IMG/VR virus record: IMGVR_UViG_3300009155_000068
Span: 1-61,479 of that record
From: a virus
Taxonomy: Duplodnaviria > Caudoviricetes
DNA length: 61,479 nucleotides
Reading direction: 5' to 3' (one strand)
Of the stretch, positions 7,816 to 18,000 are shown one piece after another (positions within the stretch are counted from its first letter, which is position 1; every line of letters begins with the position of its first letter). The notes beneath the pieces were generated by a model. It was given only the letters and a program-made list of their open reading frames with translations. It was not told the origin of the DNA and searched no databases. A program made the position numbers and the translations under genes.

Positions 7816-8685
7816 ATGACTGATCGTTCTAAGTTTGAGCTTATGCTCGATGCTCTAATTAATGAGCAACAAGATAAAGCAAAAGAAATTTTTCATGATA
7901 TCGTAGTTGAAAAAAGCCGCGAAATCTATGAAAACCTTCTAGCTGATGACATGGAAGAAGAAGACATGGAAGAAAATCTATACGTTGAACCTACTGACGG
8001 CCAAGAAGAAAGTTTTGGCGAAGAAGACGACAGCGATAGCGACATTGGTGGCGATGCCAGCGATGACTTCATGAGTGACGTCGGAGACGATGAAGAAGGT
8101 AGCGAAGACGACATGGGCGACGAAGGTGATATTGAAGATCGCGTAATGGATCTAGAAGATGCATTAGACGAACTAAAAGCAGAATTTGAACAACTAATGT
8201 CCGGCGAAGAAGGCGAAGGACATGAGATGGATGACATGGGTGGAGACGACATGGGCGGCATGGATGACATGGGCGGCATGGGCATGGATGAGCCAGAAGA
8301 AGAAAGCTACTCCTTTGAAGCTCATAAAAATGACGACGAAGACGAAGATGACTTAGAAGAAAGTCTAATGCGTGAATACGTTGAAAAAGTTTCTGCTCCA
8401 AAGCACGGTGACAATGGTGTTAACACACGTTCCGTAGTAGCAAAACCAAACCGCATGGGTGGCACAAGTGCTAACATTGCAAAGAGTTTCTCAACAGAGA
8501 AAGGCGGTACACAAGGTGGGCTACTAAATCCTTCTACTAAAGAAGAAAACTTTGGTAACATCAATGTACCAGGCGGAAAAGCTGGAAAGTCAGCTTTTAA
8601 GAAATCTGAGCCAGGTCATGGCGCAGAGAAAAAAGGCAAGCCAGAGCAAGCCGATAATAGAAAAAGTATTGTAGGTTCAAGGTAA
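7816..8685 (+). CDS. Acidic prohead core/internal protein (positional analogue of gp67/gp68)
   Basis: Very D/E-rich 289-aa protein between portal and protease; short coiled coil IEDRVMDLEDALDELKAEFEQL; basic C-terminus. Confidence 0.7.
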   Translation: MTDRSKFELMLDALINEQQDKAKEIFHDIVVEKSREIYENLLADDMEEEDMEENLYVEPTDGQEESFGEEDDSDSDIGGDASDDFMSDVGDDEEGSEDDMGDEGDIEDRVMDLEDALDELKAEFEQLMSGEEGEGHEMDDMGGDDMGGMDDMGGMGMDEPEEESYSFEAHKNDDEDEDDLEESLMREYVEKVSAPKHGDNGVNTRSVVAKPNRMGGTSANIAKSFSTEKGGTQGGLLNPSTKEENFGNINVPGGKAGKSAFKKSEPGHGAEKKGKPEQADNRKSIVGSR

Positions 8686-8686
8686 G

Positions 8687-9316
8687 ATGAAATATCTTCG
8701 TGAGAACTTGAGTTTTGATCAAGCTCAGATTACCCTCTTAGAAAGCGATGACAAAGAGGGTAAGAGTCTATATATGAGTGGCATTTGCATTCAAGGAGGA
8801 ATCCGTAATGCAAATCAGCGTATATATCCTGTACATGAAATTAGCAAGGCTGTCGAAACCCTAAACGATCAGTGTGCCGGTGGATACTCAGTACTCGGCG
8901 AAGTAGATCATCCAGATGACCTAAAAATTAACCTGGATCGCGTCAGCCATATGATAACGCAAATGTGGATGGACGGTCCTAATGGTTATGGAAAGTTGAA
9001 AATTCTACCTACACCTATGGGTAACCTTGTTAAAAGCATGGTTCAAAGTGGCGTGAAGTTAGGAGTATCAAGTCGTGGATCTGGAAACGTTCGTGAGGAC
9101 GGTTCCGGTGAAGTGTCAGATTTTGAGATTATCACAGTGGATGTGGTAGCTCAACCAAGTGCCCCAGGGGCTTATCCTACAGCAATATATGAACACCTGA
9201 TGAATAGTCGTGGTGGTAATAGAGCCGTTCGCATAGCGAATGAAGTGCAGGGTGATCCTAAGGCACAGCGTTATCTCAAAGAGAGCTTATTATCTGTAAT
9301 AAGCAAGCTCCAATAA
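8687..9316 (+). CDS. gp21: Prohead core protease
   Basis: RNANQRIYP, LGEVDHP, LGVSSRGSG, DVVAQPSAPGA: T4 gp21 motifs. Confidence 0.96.
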   Translation: MKYLRENLSFDQAQITLLESDDKEGKSLYMSGICIQGGIRNANQRIYPVHEISKAVETLNDQCAGGYSVLGEVDHPDDLKINLDRVSHMITQMWMDGPNGYGKLKILPTPMGNLVKSMVQSGVKLGVSSRGSGNVREDGSGEVSDFEIITVDVVAQPSAPGAYPTAIYEHLMNSRGGNRAVRIANEVQGDPKAQRYLKESLLSVISKLQ

Positions 9317-9329
9317 AGAGGAGAATCAC

Positions 9330-10433
9330 ATGTTGGATGCATTAAAAACGTTAATTGAGAATAATGTGATTTCTGAAGAGACTAAAGTGGCTATTGAGTC
9401 AGCTTGGGAATCTCGTATCAACGAGAACCGTGAACAAGTTACTCAACAACTACGCGAAGAGTTCGCTCAACGCTATGAGCACGATAAGGCCGCAATGGTA
9501 GAAGCTGTTGACAGAATGTTAACAGATTCACTATCAGCTGAAATCGTAGAGTTTGAAGAAGATCGTCGTCAACTAGCAGAAGCTAAGGCAAAGTATGCAG
9601 TAAAAATGCATCAAGCTGGCAATGTAATGAAGGAATTTGTTACACGTCAACTAGCCAATGAAGTTCGCGAGTTACATGAAGATCAAATGCAAATGGTTCA
9701 TAAGTTTGGTAAACTAGAAGAATTCGTAGTAGAAGCTCTAGCTCAAGAAATTGCAGAATTTTATAAAGACAAAACCGACCTAGCAGAAACTAAAGTTCGT
9801 TTAGTTCGCGAAGGCCGTGACGCATTAGCACAAATGAAAACAAAATTTGTACAACGTGCCGCTAAGATGGTTGAAAATGTAGTTGAGTCTAGCCTATCAA
9901 AAGAGATTAGACAACTAAAAGAAGACATCGATGCTGCCCGTAAAGCAGACTTTGGTCGTAAGTTATTCGAAGCATTTGCTAATGAATATCAAACCAGTTA
10001 TCTTTCTGAGAAATCAGAAACCAGTAAATTGCTCAAAGTTATAAACTTGAAAGATCTAGAAATTGCAGAGGCTCAACACGCTGTGGCCGAAGCAAAACAG
10101 ATCGCAGAAAGCAAACAAACAGAGGCTCGTGCTCTTAAAGAAAGTATTGAGCGCCAAAAGATTATGCATGAATTGTTGAATCCTTTATCTAAAGAACAAC
10201 AAGGCATCATGACAGAATTGTTGGAAAGTGTGCAAACTGTAAAACTTGAAAATAGTTTTAACAAGTACCTTCCCGCAGTAATTGAAGGCAAAGCACCGCA
10301 GAAGAAACAGGCACTAGTAGAGGCTAAAGAAATTACAGGCAATAAAGTAAGTAACAGCGTAAGTAGTGGCGAGCACGATTCAACAAATAATAATATTGTT
10401 GATATTCGTAGACTTGCCGGGTTAAAAATTTAA
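9330..10433 (+). CDS. gp22: Prohead core scaffolding protein
   Basis: Long coiled-coil protein between protease and major capsid gene; GGAG SD. Confidence 0.85.
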   Translation: MLDALKTLIENNVISEETKVAIESAWESRINENREQVTQQLREEFAQRYEHDKAAMVEAVDRMLTDSLSAEIVEFEEDRRQLAEAKAKYAVKMHQAGNVMKEFVTRQLANEVRELHEDQMQMVHKFGKLEEFVVEALAQEIAEFYKDKTDLAETKVRLVREGRDALAQMKTKFVQRAAKMVENVVESSLSKEIRQLKEDIDAARKADFGRKLFEAFANEYQTSYLSEKSETSKLLKVINLKDLEIAEAQHAVAEAKQIAESKQTEARALKESIERQKIMHELLNPLSKEQQGIMTELLESVQTVKLENSFNKYLPAVIEGKAPQKKQALVEAKEITGNKVSNSVSSGEHDSTNNNIVDIRRLAGLKI

Positions 10434-10444
10434 GGAGAATTTAA

Positions 10445-11614
10445 ATGTCAGAACTACTACATGGCCGCTGGACAGAAACTAAAGAAGCCCTATTAGAAGG
10501 CTTATCAGGCACTAAAAAATCAGTAATGGGTGTTACACTAGACAATACACGCAAGTATCTACTAGAAAGCCCAACAGCTGGTGCCACTTCTGCCGGCAAC
10601 GTCGCAACATTAAACCGCGTGATTCTTCCAGTGATTCGTCGCGTTATGCCAACCGTTATTGCTAACGAGTTAGTTGGTGTACAACCAATGACTGGTCCAG
10701 TGGGTCAGATCCATACTCTACGTGTTCGTTATGCAGATAACGGCGATGGCGTAGTAGCTGGTGAAGAAGCACTAAGCCCATTCAAGATTGCAGAAGCTTA
10801 TTCTGGTAACAACAATGCATCTAACGCTAAAGCAGCTTCTACAGCTACTCTAGAAGGTGCTGCTGGTAAGCGTATGTCTATTCAAATCTTGAAACAGACA
10901 GTTGAAGCCAAGACACGTAAATTGTCTGCTCGCTGGACGTTTGAAGCTGCTCAAGACGCACAAGCCCAACAAGGCATTGACGTTGAAGCAGAAATTATGG
11001 CTGCTCTTGCACAAGAAATTACTGCTGAAATTGACCAAGAGATTCTAGCTAGCCTAGCATCACTAGCTGGTTCAGCAACAGAAGCATACGAACAACAAAA
11101 CGTTTCTGGTACAGCAACATTCGTTGGTGATGAACACGCTGCTCTAGCTGTTCAGATCAATCGCGTAAGCAATTTGATCGCTCAACGTACACGTCGCGGT
11201 GCTGGTAACTGGGCCGTTGTAAGTCCATTTGCTTTAACAATTCTACAATCTGCTACTACAAGCGCATTTGCTCGTACAACAGAAGGTACATTCGAAGCTC
11301 CTACAAACACTAAGTTTGTTGGTACATTGAACAGTGCTATGAAGATCTATGTTAACACCTACGCTACTGATGCAACTGCTGTTCTTATTGGTTACAAAGG
11401 TTCTAGCGAATCAGACGCAGCAGCATTCTATTGCCCATACATTCCATTGATGAGCAGTGGTGTTGTTCTAGATCCATCAACATTTGAACCAGTCGTATCA
11501 TTCATGACACGTTATGGTTATGTTGAGTTGTCAAACACAGCTTCTTCTCTAGGTAACGCAGCTGATTACCTAGGTAAAGTTAGTATTGATAGCGCAAACG
11601 TTTCTTTCAAGTAA
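10445..11614 (+). CDS. gp23: Major capsid protein
   Basis: VGVQPMTGPVGQI, VEAKTRKL.A.WT.E.AQD, EITAEIDQEI, FYCPYIPL, FMTRYG. Confidence 0.98.
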   Translation: MSELLHGRWTETKEALLEGLSGTKKSVMGVTLDNTRKYLLESPTAGATSAGNVATLNRVILPVIRRVMPTVIANELVGVQPMTGPVGQIHTLRVRYADNGDGVVAGEEALSPFKIAEAYSGNNNASNAKAASTATLEGAAGKRMSIQILKQTVEAKTRKLSARWTFEAAQDAQAQQGIDVEAEIMAALAQEITAEIDQEILASLASLAGSATEAYEQQNVSGTATFVGDEHAALAVQINRVSNLIAQRTRRGAGNWAVVSPFALTILQSATTSAFARTTEGTFEAPTNTKFVGTLNSAMKIYVNTYATDATAVLIGYKGSSESDAAAFYCPYIPLMSSGVVLDPSTFEPVVSFMTRYGYVELSNTASSLGNAADYLGKVSIDSANVSFK

Positions 11615-11637
11615 TCCAATTACTTGTTGTAACAAGC

Positions 11638-11660
11638 AAGGGCTCTTCGGAGCCCTTTTT
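11638..11660 (+). terminator. Rho-independent terminator with UUCG loop
   Basis: AAGGGCTC-TTCG-GAGCCCTT-TTT immediately after the capsid gene. Confidence 0.9.
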
Positions 11661-11677
11661 ATTGACTTAAATATCAT

Positions 11678-12145
11678 ATGTTCGATCAAATCCAACAATA
11701 CAATCTTCCAGTGCCTGATAACTTTATTGACGAAATTTATAAGTTAAAATTAGTAGTTAAGAAACAACTGAGATCAAACCAACTAGGCTGGCAAAGCCAG
11801 CAGTTAAAAAATACTAAATTAATACCTTGGGCTAACGATTTTGTAAATTTGTGTTTGACAACAATAAATGCTATCCAGCCTATTGAGTATCTATGGTTTA
11901 ATATCAGCCCTCCGGGAGCATTTCATAAAAGGCATTTTCATGGCGGAGCAAGCCAAGCAGGAGTATTTTATATTAAAACTCCCGTAAATTGTGGCTGCAT
12001 AGAGTTTAAGCATAAAGAACAACTGTTAAGTATAGAACCTTATAGTGGGCTATTACTACTATTTCCGGCAATTCTTGAACACAGGGTGTTAGAAAACACA
12101 TCTAATGAAGATAGAATCACCTTGGTATTTAACTTAAGACTATAA
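11678..12145 (+). CDS. 2OG-Fe(II) oxygenase-like protein (TIGR02466-type)
   Basis: WFNISPPG..H..HFH, GVFY, LLLFPAILEHRV, RITLVFN: double-stranded beta-helix metal and 2OG motifs. Confidence 0.85.
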   Translation: MFDQIQQYNLPVPDNFIDEIYKLKLVVKKQLRSNQLGWQSQQLKNTKLIPWANDFVNLCLTTINAIQPIEYLWFNISPPGAFHKRHFHGGASQAGVFYIKTPVNCGCIEFKHKEQLLSIEPYSGLLLLFPAILEHRVLENTSNEDRITLVFNLRL

Positions 12146-12147
12146 CA

Positions 12148-12235
12148 TAAATACATTGTACGACTTATAATTATGTAAGTTTTATGCGGAAATCCAACCG
12201 CGTATGGCCTAGAACGCCATCTTTCTTAAGGAGAA
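12148..12235 (+). promoter_or_regulatory. Late promoter TAAATA plus structured 5' leader (three hairpins) before AAGGAG
   Basis: Stems at 12162-12181, 12183-12204 and 12205-12219. Confidence 0.55.
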
Positions 12236-12241
12236 AATAAA

Positions 12242-13483
12242 ATGGGACGTCCTCTAAACAAAAAATATTTTGGTAACCGAAACATCGGTACCGGTGGCAA
12301 CCAAGTTGGTGGCAATAATTCAAACAATCAAAACTATGCCGATGACCGTATTGGCGGTGAAGGTGTAGCCAGCTATGGTACAATCGTAGCAGGCTCAGGT
12401 TGGACAGCAACTCCGACAGTTACATTCAGCACACCGAATATCCCAGGCGGTGTTAGTGTTGCTGGTACAGCACATTACAAAGCATTATCAGCCGCAGTCG
12501 CAGTGGGCGGAACAACAGCTTACCCTGTTGGCACAGTAGTAGGTGTTACTGGCGGTTCAACTTTTACTGTGGCTACATTAGCAGGTGCTACCACACTTTC
12601 AACAGTGACTATTGGTACAACAGCAAACCTAACATTTTCTACAACTACACTACCAATTGCAGTTGGTACATCAATTTTAGTCGGAGGCACTGACACAGAA
12701 CCTTGCGGACTAATACCATCAACATACTATGTTTCTGCTAGCCCAGCACCAACCGCTACCGCATTCACACTAACAGACACGTTTGCTAATGCCGTTGCTG
12801 GTACTAATAATCTTGGCGCAACAACTGCTGGAGCTACAACTGGTTTGACATTTACAACACGTAGTGGTACAGCACCTGCAGGTGTAGTAGCAACTGTAAC
12901 TACAACCGCCGCCGGTGATCGTACAACATTTGCCGCAACACCACTAGCTACAACTAACACAGCGAGCGCAACAGGCCTAACATTAAATGTAACTTATGGA
13001 TTGTTAAGCATTGTGGTAACAGAAAAAGGTTCTGGTTATACAGCACCAGCAGATGCCGCAGTAACTTTTGGTGGCGCAACTGGTGCTGCCGCAACAGCAG
13101 TATTAACAACTGATAGCGGTAACATTGGTTCAGCAACTAATCAAGAAAACGCAATCATTATCCGTGCTAATACAGGTAACGAAGGCGCTAACATTTCTGA
13201 TATTATTCGTCAAGTTTCTGGTCGTCGATATAAAGTTATATCAGACGGTACTATTGCAATTTGCAAATTAGTTGCCGACGATACCCCAGCACTTCGCGAA
13301 GCATACATTAAAGCAACAGATGCTAATGGTAATACATATTATGTTATGAAATTAACAGCTCGCAAAGCAACATTAACTCAGTGGACAAACAATGAAACAA
13401 CTTGGTTGTTTGCCACAGGTGCAACTGCTCCGTGGTCATTTACTTCAACAGCAAATGGTCGTGTAATTATTGAAAACGCTTAA
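12242..13483 (+). CDS. Virion structural protein (Thr/Ala/Gly-rich; possible head decoration or fibre)
   Basis: Strong SD, late promoter, GSGYT-type beta repeats; first structural gene after the capsid/oxygenase genes. Confidence 0.7.
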   Translation: MGRPLNKKYFGNRNIGTGGNQVGGNNSNNQNYADDRIGGEGVASYGTIVAGSGWTATPTVTFSTPNIPGGVSVAGTAHYKALSAAVAVGGTTAYPVGTVVGVTGGSTFTVATLAGATTLSTVTIGTTANLTFSTTTLPIAVGTSILVGGTDTEPCGLIPSTYYVSASPAPTATAFTLTDTFANAVAGTNNLGATTAGATTGLTFTTRSGTAPAGVVATVTTTAAGDRTTFAATPLATTNTASATGLTLNVTYGLLSIVVTEKGSGYTAPADAAVTFGGATGAAATAVLTTDSGNIGSATNQENAIIIRANTGNEGANISDIIRQVSGRRYKVISDGTIAICKLVADDTPALREAYIKATDANGNTYYVMKLTARKATLTQWTNNETTWLFATGATAPWSFTSTANGRVIIENA

Positions 13484-13490
13484 TTAAGAC

Positions 13491-13508
13491 TAGGGGCTTT
13501 GGCCCCTA
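13491..13508 (+). terminator. Intergenic hairpin TAGGGGC-TTTG-GCCCCTA (weak terminator or stability element)
   Basis: Perfect 7-bp GC stem, no T tract. Confidence 0.45.
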
Positions 13509-13520
13509 CTAAGGATAAAC

Positions 13521-14435
13521 ATGGCAAAGATAGTTAAAGTTACTAGCGGTGGGTCAAACAGCTATGCTGGCTCTTCGGCTGACTATAAAATTGTTGTAGA
13601 TTCAGGTGGTAAAATTCTTTTTAACACCGGCAATCAATTAGGTGAAGTTATTATCACAGGTAGTTTAACTGTCCTTGGAACAACTACATCTCTTGAAACA
13701 ACAAATACTCAAATTAATGACAACGTTATTGTTCTTAATAAAGGTGAAAGTAGTGCAGGGGTTACGCTGGGCACCAGCGGATTAGAAATTGATAGAGGAT
13801 CTGTTGATTCTGCCCAATGGGTCTATGATGAAAGTACAGATGCATGGAGTGCAAAGTATAAGACCAGCGGCAATTATATACCTGTTGCTACTAATAGTAT
13901 TGTTACAGGCGGTAATGATTTAACTTTAATCGGATCTGGAACTGGCGTAATTACTGTATCTGGTACCGTTGATTATGAAAACTATGTCACTAATGATGAT
14001 ATAGTCCCAAACAAGAAATATGTTGATGATTATGTTGCCTACTATGTAGCAACTCACCCACCAGATGAGATTATTGATGCTGATAGTAGAGTAACTGTAA
14101 GTGATTTTGCTACTTCAGGTAGTCCTAGTCAGATTGAATTTGTAATAGATAATCTTACAAAAGGAACTATTGACTCAACTGGATTTGTAGCTGGTACTGT
14201 GAGGCTTGAAGGAAACGCAATTAGTGAAGATACTAGTGATACATTGCATATTGATGCATACCTAGCGTTGGATAATAGAGTAACAACTCCGTCAACACCT
14301 AGTACTAATGTAAAATTATATTCTAAAGCAACTCCGGGTAATGGAGGAACTGGTGTATACTTTGTTAATACGCAGGGTACAAATGACGAATTAATTAGTA
14401 AAACCAAAGCACTTTTATTTGCTTTAATATTATAA
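13521..14435 (+). CDS. Virion structural/fibre-like protein
   Basis: GSLTVLGTTT...INDNVIVLNKGE...GLEIDRG fibre motif; VPNKKYVD motif. Confidence 0.7.
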   Translation: MAKIVKVTSGGSNSYAGSSADYKIVVDSGGKILFNTGNQLGEVIITGSLTVLGTTTSLETTNTQINDNVIVLNKGESSAGVTLGTSGLEIDRGSVDSAQWVYDESTDAWSAKYKTSGNYIPVATNSIVTGGNDLTLIGSGTGVITVSGTVDYENYVTNDDIVPNKKYVDDYVAYYVATHPPDEIIDADSRVTVSDFATSGSPSQIEFVIDNLTKGTIDSTGFVAGTVRLEGNAISEDTSDTLHIDAYLALDNRVTTPSTPSTNVKLYSKATPGNGGTGVYFVNTQGTNDELISKTKALLFALIL

Positions 14436-14444
14436 GGAAGAATA

Positions 14445-15023
14445 ATGGCTTTAGTAAGCACAATCTTAACAAATTCAGCACAGCCAATCAGCGATGATCT
14501 AGCTACATCTTCTGCTGTGACTGTGATGTTATTTTGTAACTATAACACTCCTAGCAGTGTTGACAGTGCTTTAGGTAGACAGTGGTTAGAAGTATATGCA
14601 GTAAAAGATGGCGACAGCGTAGGAACTGCAAATAAATTAATGCACCGAGTACCTTTAGATGCAGGCGACACTTTTACTTTTAGTACTGAAAGAATTGTTT
14701 TAGATGCACATGATAGGATACATGCTAACACTCTAGGACAGGGTGTTGCAAGCGTAATCATGGGCGGTGCCGGCAGCTCATATGTCAATGGAGATCCAAT
14801 TTATTTTGCTGACCCAGATTTTGCCGAAGGTGTAACTGCTACTGGATATGCACTGGTAACCGGAGGAGCTGTGACTGGAGTTTACATCACAGAGGCCGGA
14901 TCAGGCTATATTAGTCCTCCGTCTATTGATTTTACACAATCTGGCGATGGCCTAGCAACTGGGACCGCAGTATTATCAAGTACTAGTCAAGTTACTTGTA
15001 CAACTAGTTATGTGTTAATCTAA
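14445..15023 (+). CDS. Virion structural protein
   Basis: GAVTGVYITEAGSGY.SPP beta repeat; in operon with the fibre genes. Confidence 0.65.
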   Translation: MALVSTILTNSAQPISDDLATSSAVTVMLFCNYNTPSSVDSALGRQWLEVYAVKDGDSVGTANKLMHRVPLDAGDTFTFSTERIVLDAHDRIHANTLGQGVASVIMGGAGSSYVNGDPIYFADPDFAEGVTATGYALVTGGAVTGVYITEAGSGYISPPSIDFTQSGDGLATGTAVLSSTSQVTCTTSYVLI

Positions 15024-15025
15024 TC

Positions 15026-18000
15026 ATGAAATATATCCGTAGACAAAACCTTAATCAACAAAATGCACTTGATAAGAAAGTTCTAATAAAGCCAAACGGT
15101 GATATTGAATTTAATCCTACATCATCTGTAACTGTCAACGGCGAATTTATCACTGTTGGTACACAGGTTGCTAGTCCCGAAGTTACTAATGTAATGTATG
15201 TTACCTTAGACGGTGATGATGCAAATGATGGTATGGGCGAAGGTCCTCGCCAGGCAAAACGTACAGTCAAATCAGCCTGTGATGTAGCGCAAGAGGGCAC
15301 AACTATTTTTGTTAGAAGCGGAACTTATTACGAGGACAATCCTATTAGAGTACCGCCTAAGGTAAGTATCATTGGTGACAACCTACGTAGAACAATTATA
15401 AAACCCTTAAATGGCACAACAAAATGGAACATAACACACATTCAAAGAATTGATGGTCTAGTTACAGTTACCCTTGATGTTGAACACGATTTAACAGTAG
15501 CTGATAGAGTAAGAGTAATATGCTCACAAGCAGACATTGATGATGAAAATGCAACGATTGTAACAATTCCAGACTCGATGTCATTTACCTATAATGACTA
15601 TGGTACCAATCTTACCTATGCAGCAGCTACTGGGACTGTAGAACGCGGTACAGACCTTTTCCTAGTTAACAGCCAAGTTTACATAGCACAACTGGTTATT
15701 AGAAGCTTACCTGCTCCGGCATACTGTATCAACATTGATAACGAAGCTATTGTTGATACATCACCCTACATTCAAAATTGTTCAAACATTAACGGACCAT
15801 GGTTAAACAATGGTGAAGAATGGTTACCTTTTATAACAGAACAACGTAATACAGCAGGTGTTATGGTAACTGGTCCCCGTCCTCTATTAGACGAAGAGTT
15901 AGATCCTGCATACTTAGATGTCTACGGTATAAATCAACGTGGTGGCGGTGGTGGTATGTTAATTGACGGTGACAGATACAGTTCTGTATCACCAATACAG
16001 TCAATGGTAGCAGATGCGTTTACACAGGTAGCGCAAGGAGCTGTTGGATTTCATATTACTAACTTTGGTTATATGCAGTTAGTGTCATGCTTCAACGTGT
16101 TTTGCCACATTGCTTATTATACAACCAAAGGCGGTTATCTAAGTATATCAAACTCTGTATGTGACTTTGGTAATTATGCATTTGTTGCAAACGGCTATTA
16201 TCGAACTCCTTATGATAGCGGTGTAATAACTACAGATTATTATTCAAGCGTTGGCTCAGTTACTATCGATACCACTGGCAGTAATTATACTATTGCACCA
16301 ACAGTTATATTTGACCCGCCGACTACCCCAGGCAGTGTCCAAGCAGAAGGCACAGCAGTTATTGATACAATAACTGGAAAACTAGTTGCAATTAGCATAG
16401 ACGTGCCAGGGTCAGGTTATGACTTTCAACCAAATATTACACTCACCGGCGGCGGCGTAGATCCAGGCCTTGTACAAGGCTCAGCCACAGCTAATCTTCA
16501 AAAGAATATAACAGTTACAGTAGATAATTTAAGCAATAAACCACAAGTTGGTAGTATAATTTTCTTTGGCGATGATCCCACAGGTTATTACATAAGTTCT
16601 ACATCAAATTCAAATCAAACATTTGTATACAACGAGAGAAAATGTCGTAGAGATGTTGAATTAATTTTAAATTCCGTCTTAACAGATATGACGTTTGGAT
16701 CAAACTATTCTAGTGTTGCTGCCGGCCTATCTTATATAAGGTCATATGCAGCAAAAGTTACAAGCCTACAAAAAGCACAGACCATTGCTGGATTAAATGA
16801 AGCAAGAGATCTTGCAATAGCACTAACTGTTAATCTATCGGCACAAACTGCAATAACTGACAATTTTGGTATAGTCACCGATATTATTGATTCCGGTGTC
16901 GGCGCTGCACCAGCTGTTAGCATACCTAGTTCGTTAACTAGAGAAGAAGGGTATTCACAGGCTAAAGATATTTTATTAGCAAATAAATTGTTTATTCAAG
17001 ATGAAATTACTGCTTGGATTGCCTACAATTATTCCGTATTAGACTATGATAGTGTAACTTGTTCGAGAGATGTAGGATTAATTATTGATGCGCTATGTTA
17101 TGATTTAATGTTTGGTTCTAATTTTAGATCAATTACAGCCGCACGTAGTTACTATAGAGCAGGCGCGGCAGTGGTAACACAATCCCAGAAAGAAGCTACA
17201 CTTGGCGCATTTCGTTACTTAAAGACAATAGCGGCTGCAAAAATCAACGATAATAATACCGCAGTGGCTAGTGTCGAAAGTAACATGGACATTATTATTA
17301 ATGTTCTTGAAAACGGCCTAGACGAAATAGGTGCATTAATAAGACCCGATCCAACAGGATACAGTAACAATTATAAATTTGCTAGAAACTTAATTGATGA
17401 GAATAAAGAATTTATTAAAGCAGAAGTTAGTGCATATCTCAACATAAACTATACAGCAATATGGACTGCATTAAGCCCAGCGGGCCAAGCCAATTGCCAA
17501 CGTGACACTGGTTATATTCTTGACGCACTATATTATGATCTTACCTATGGCGGCAATTTAGAAACTACTATTGCCGGTAGAGCTTATTATTCTTTTAGTG
17601 TATTACAAATAGATCCTGCAGAAAAAGCAGCCACTTTAGCTGCCTATGATCACATGAGAATTATCATAGGTGATATTGCTCAAAATATAGATATTGTTCA
17701 ACTACAAGGTTCTGTACTACAAGTCACAGGATTACCCGGATCGTTGGCAGCTGCAAATACTGCCAAAGATTTAATACAAAATGTCATCGACATTATCGAT
17801 ACAAATGTCTACACTGACGTAGAACCTAGTACTGCTTGGGTTGATACAGAGTTAGTAGAAAAGAATACAGCACTACAATATGCAAGAAGTTCTATACAAG
17901 ATTCTGTAATCAAATACATCAACAGTAATAATTTTATCTATAATTCAACTACTTGCCGCCGAGATGTTAGTTATATTATTGACGCTATGGCCTATGATTT

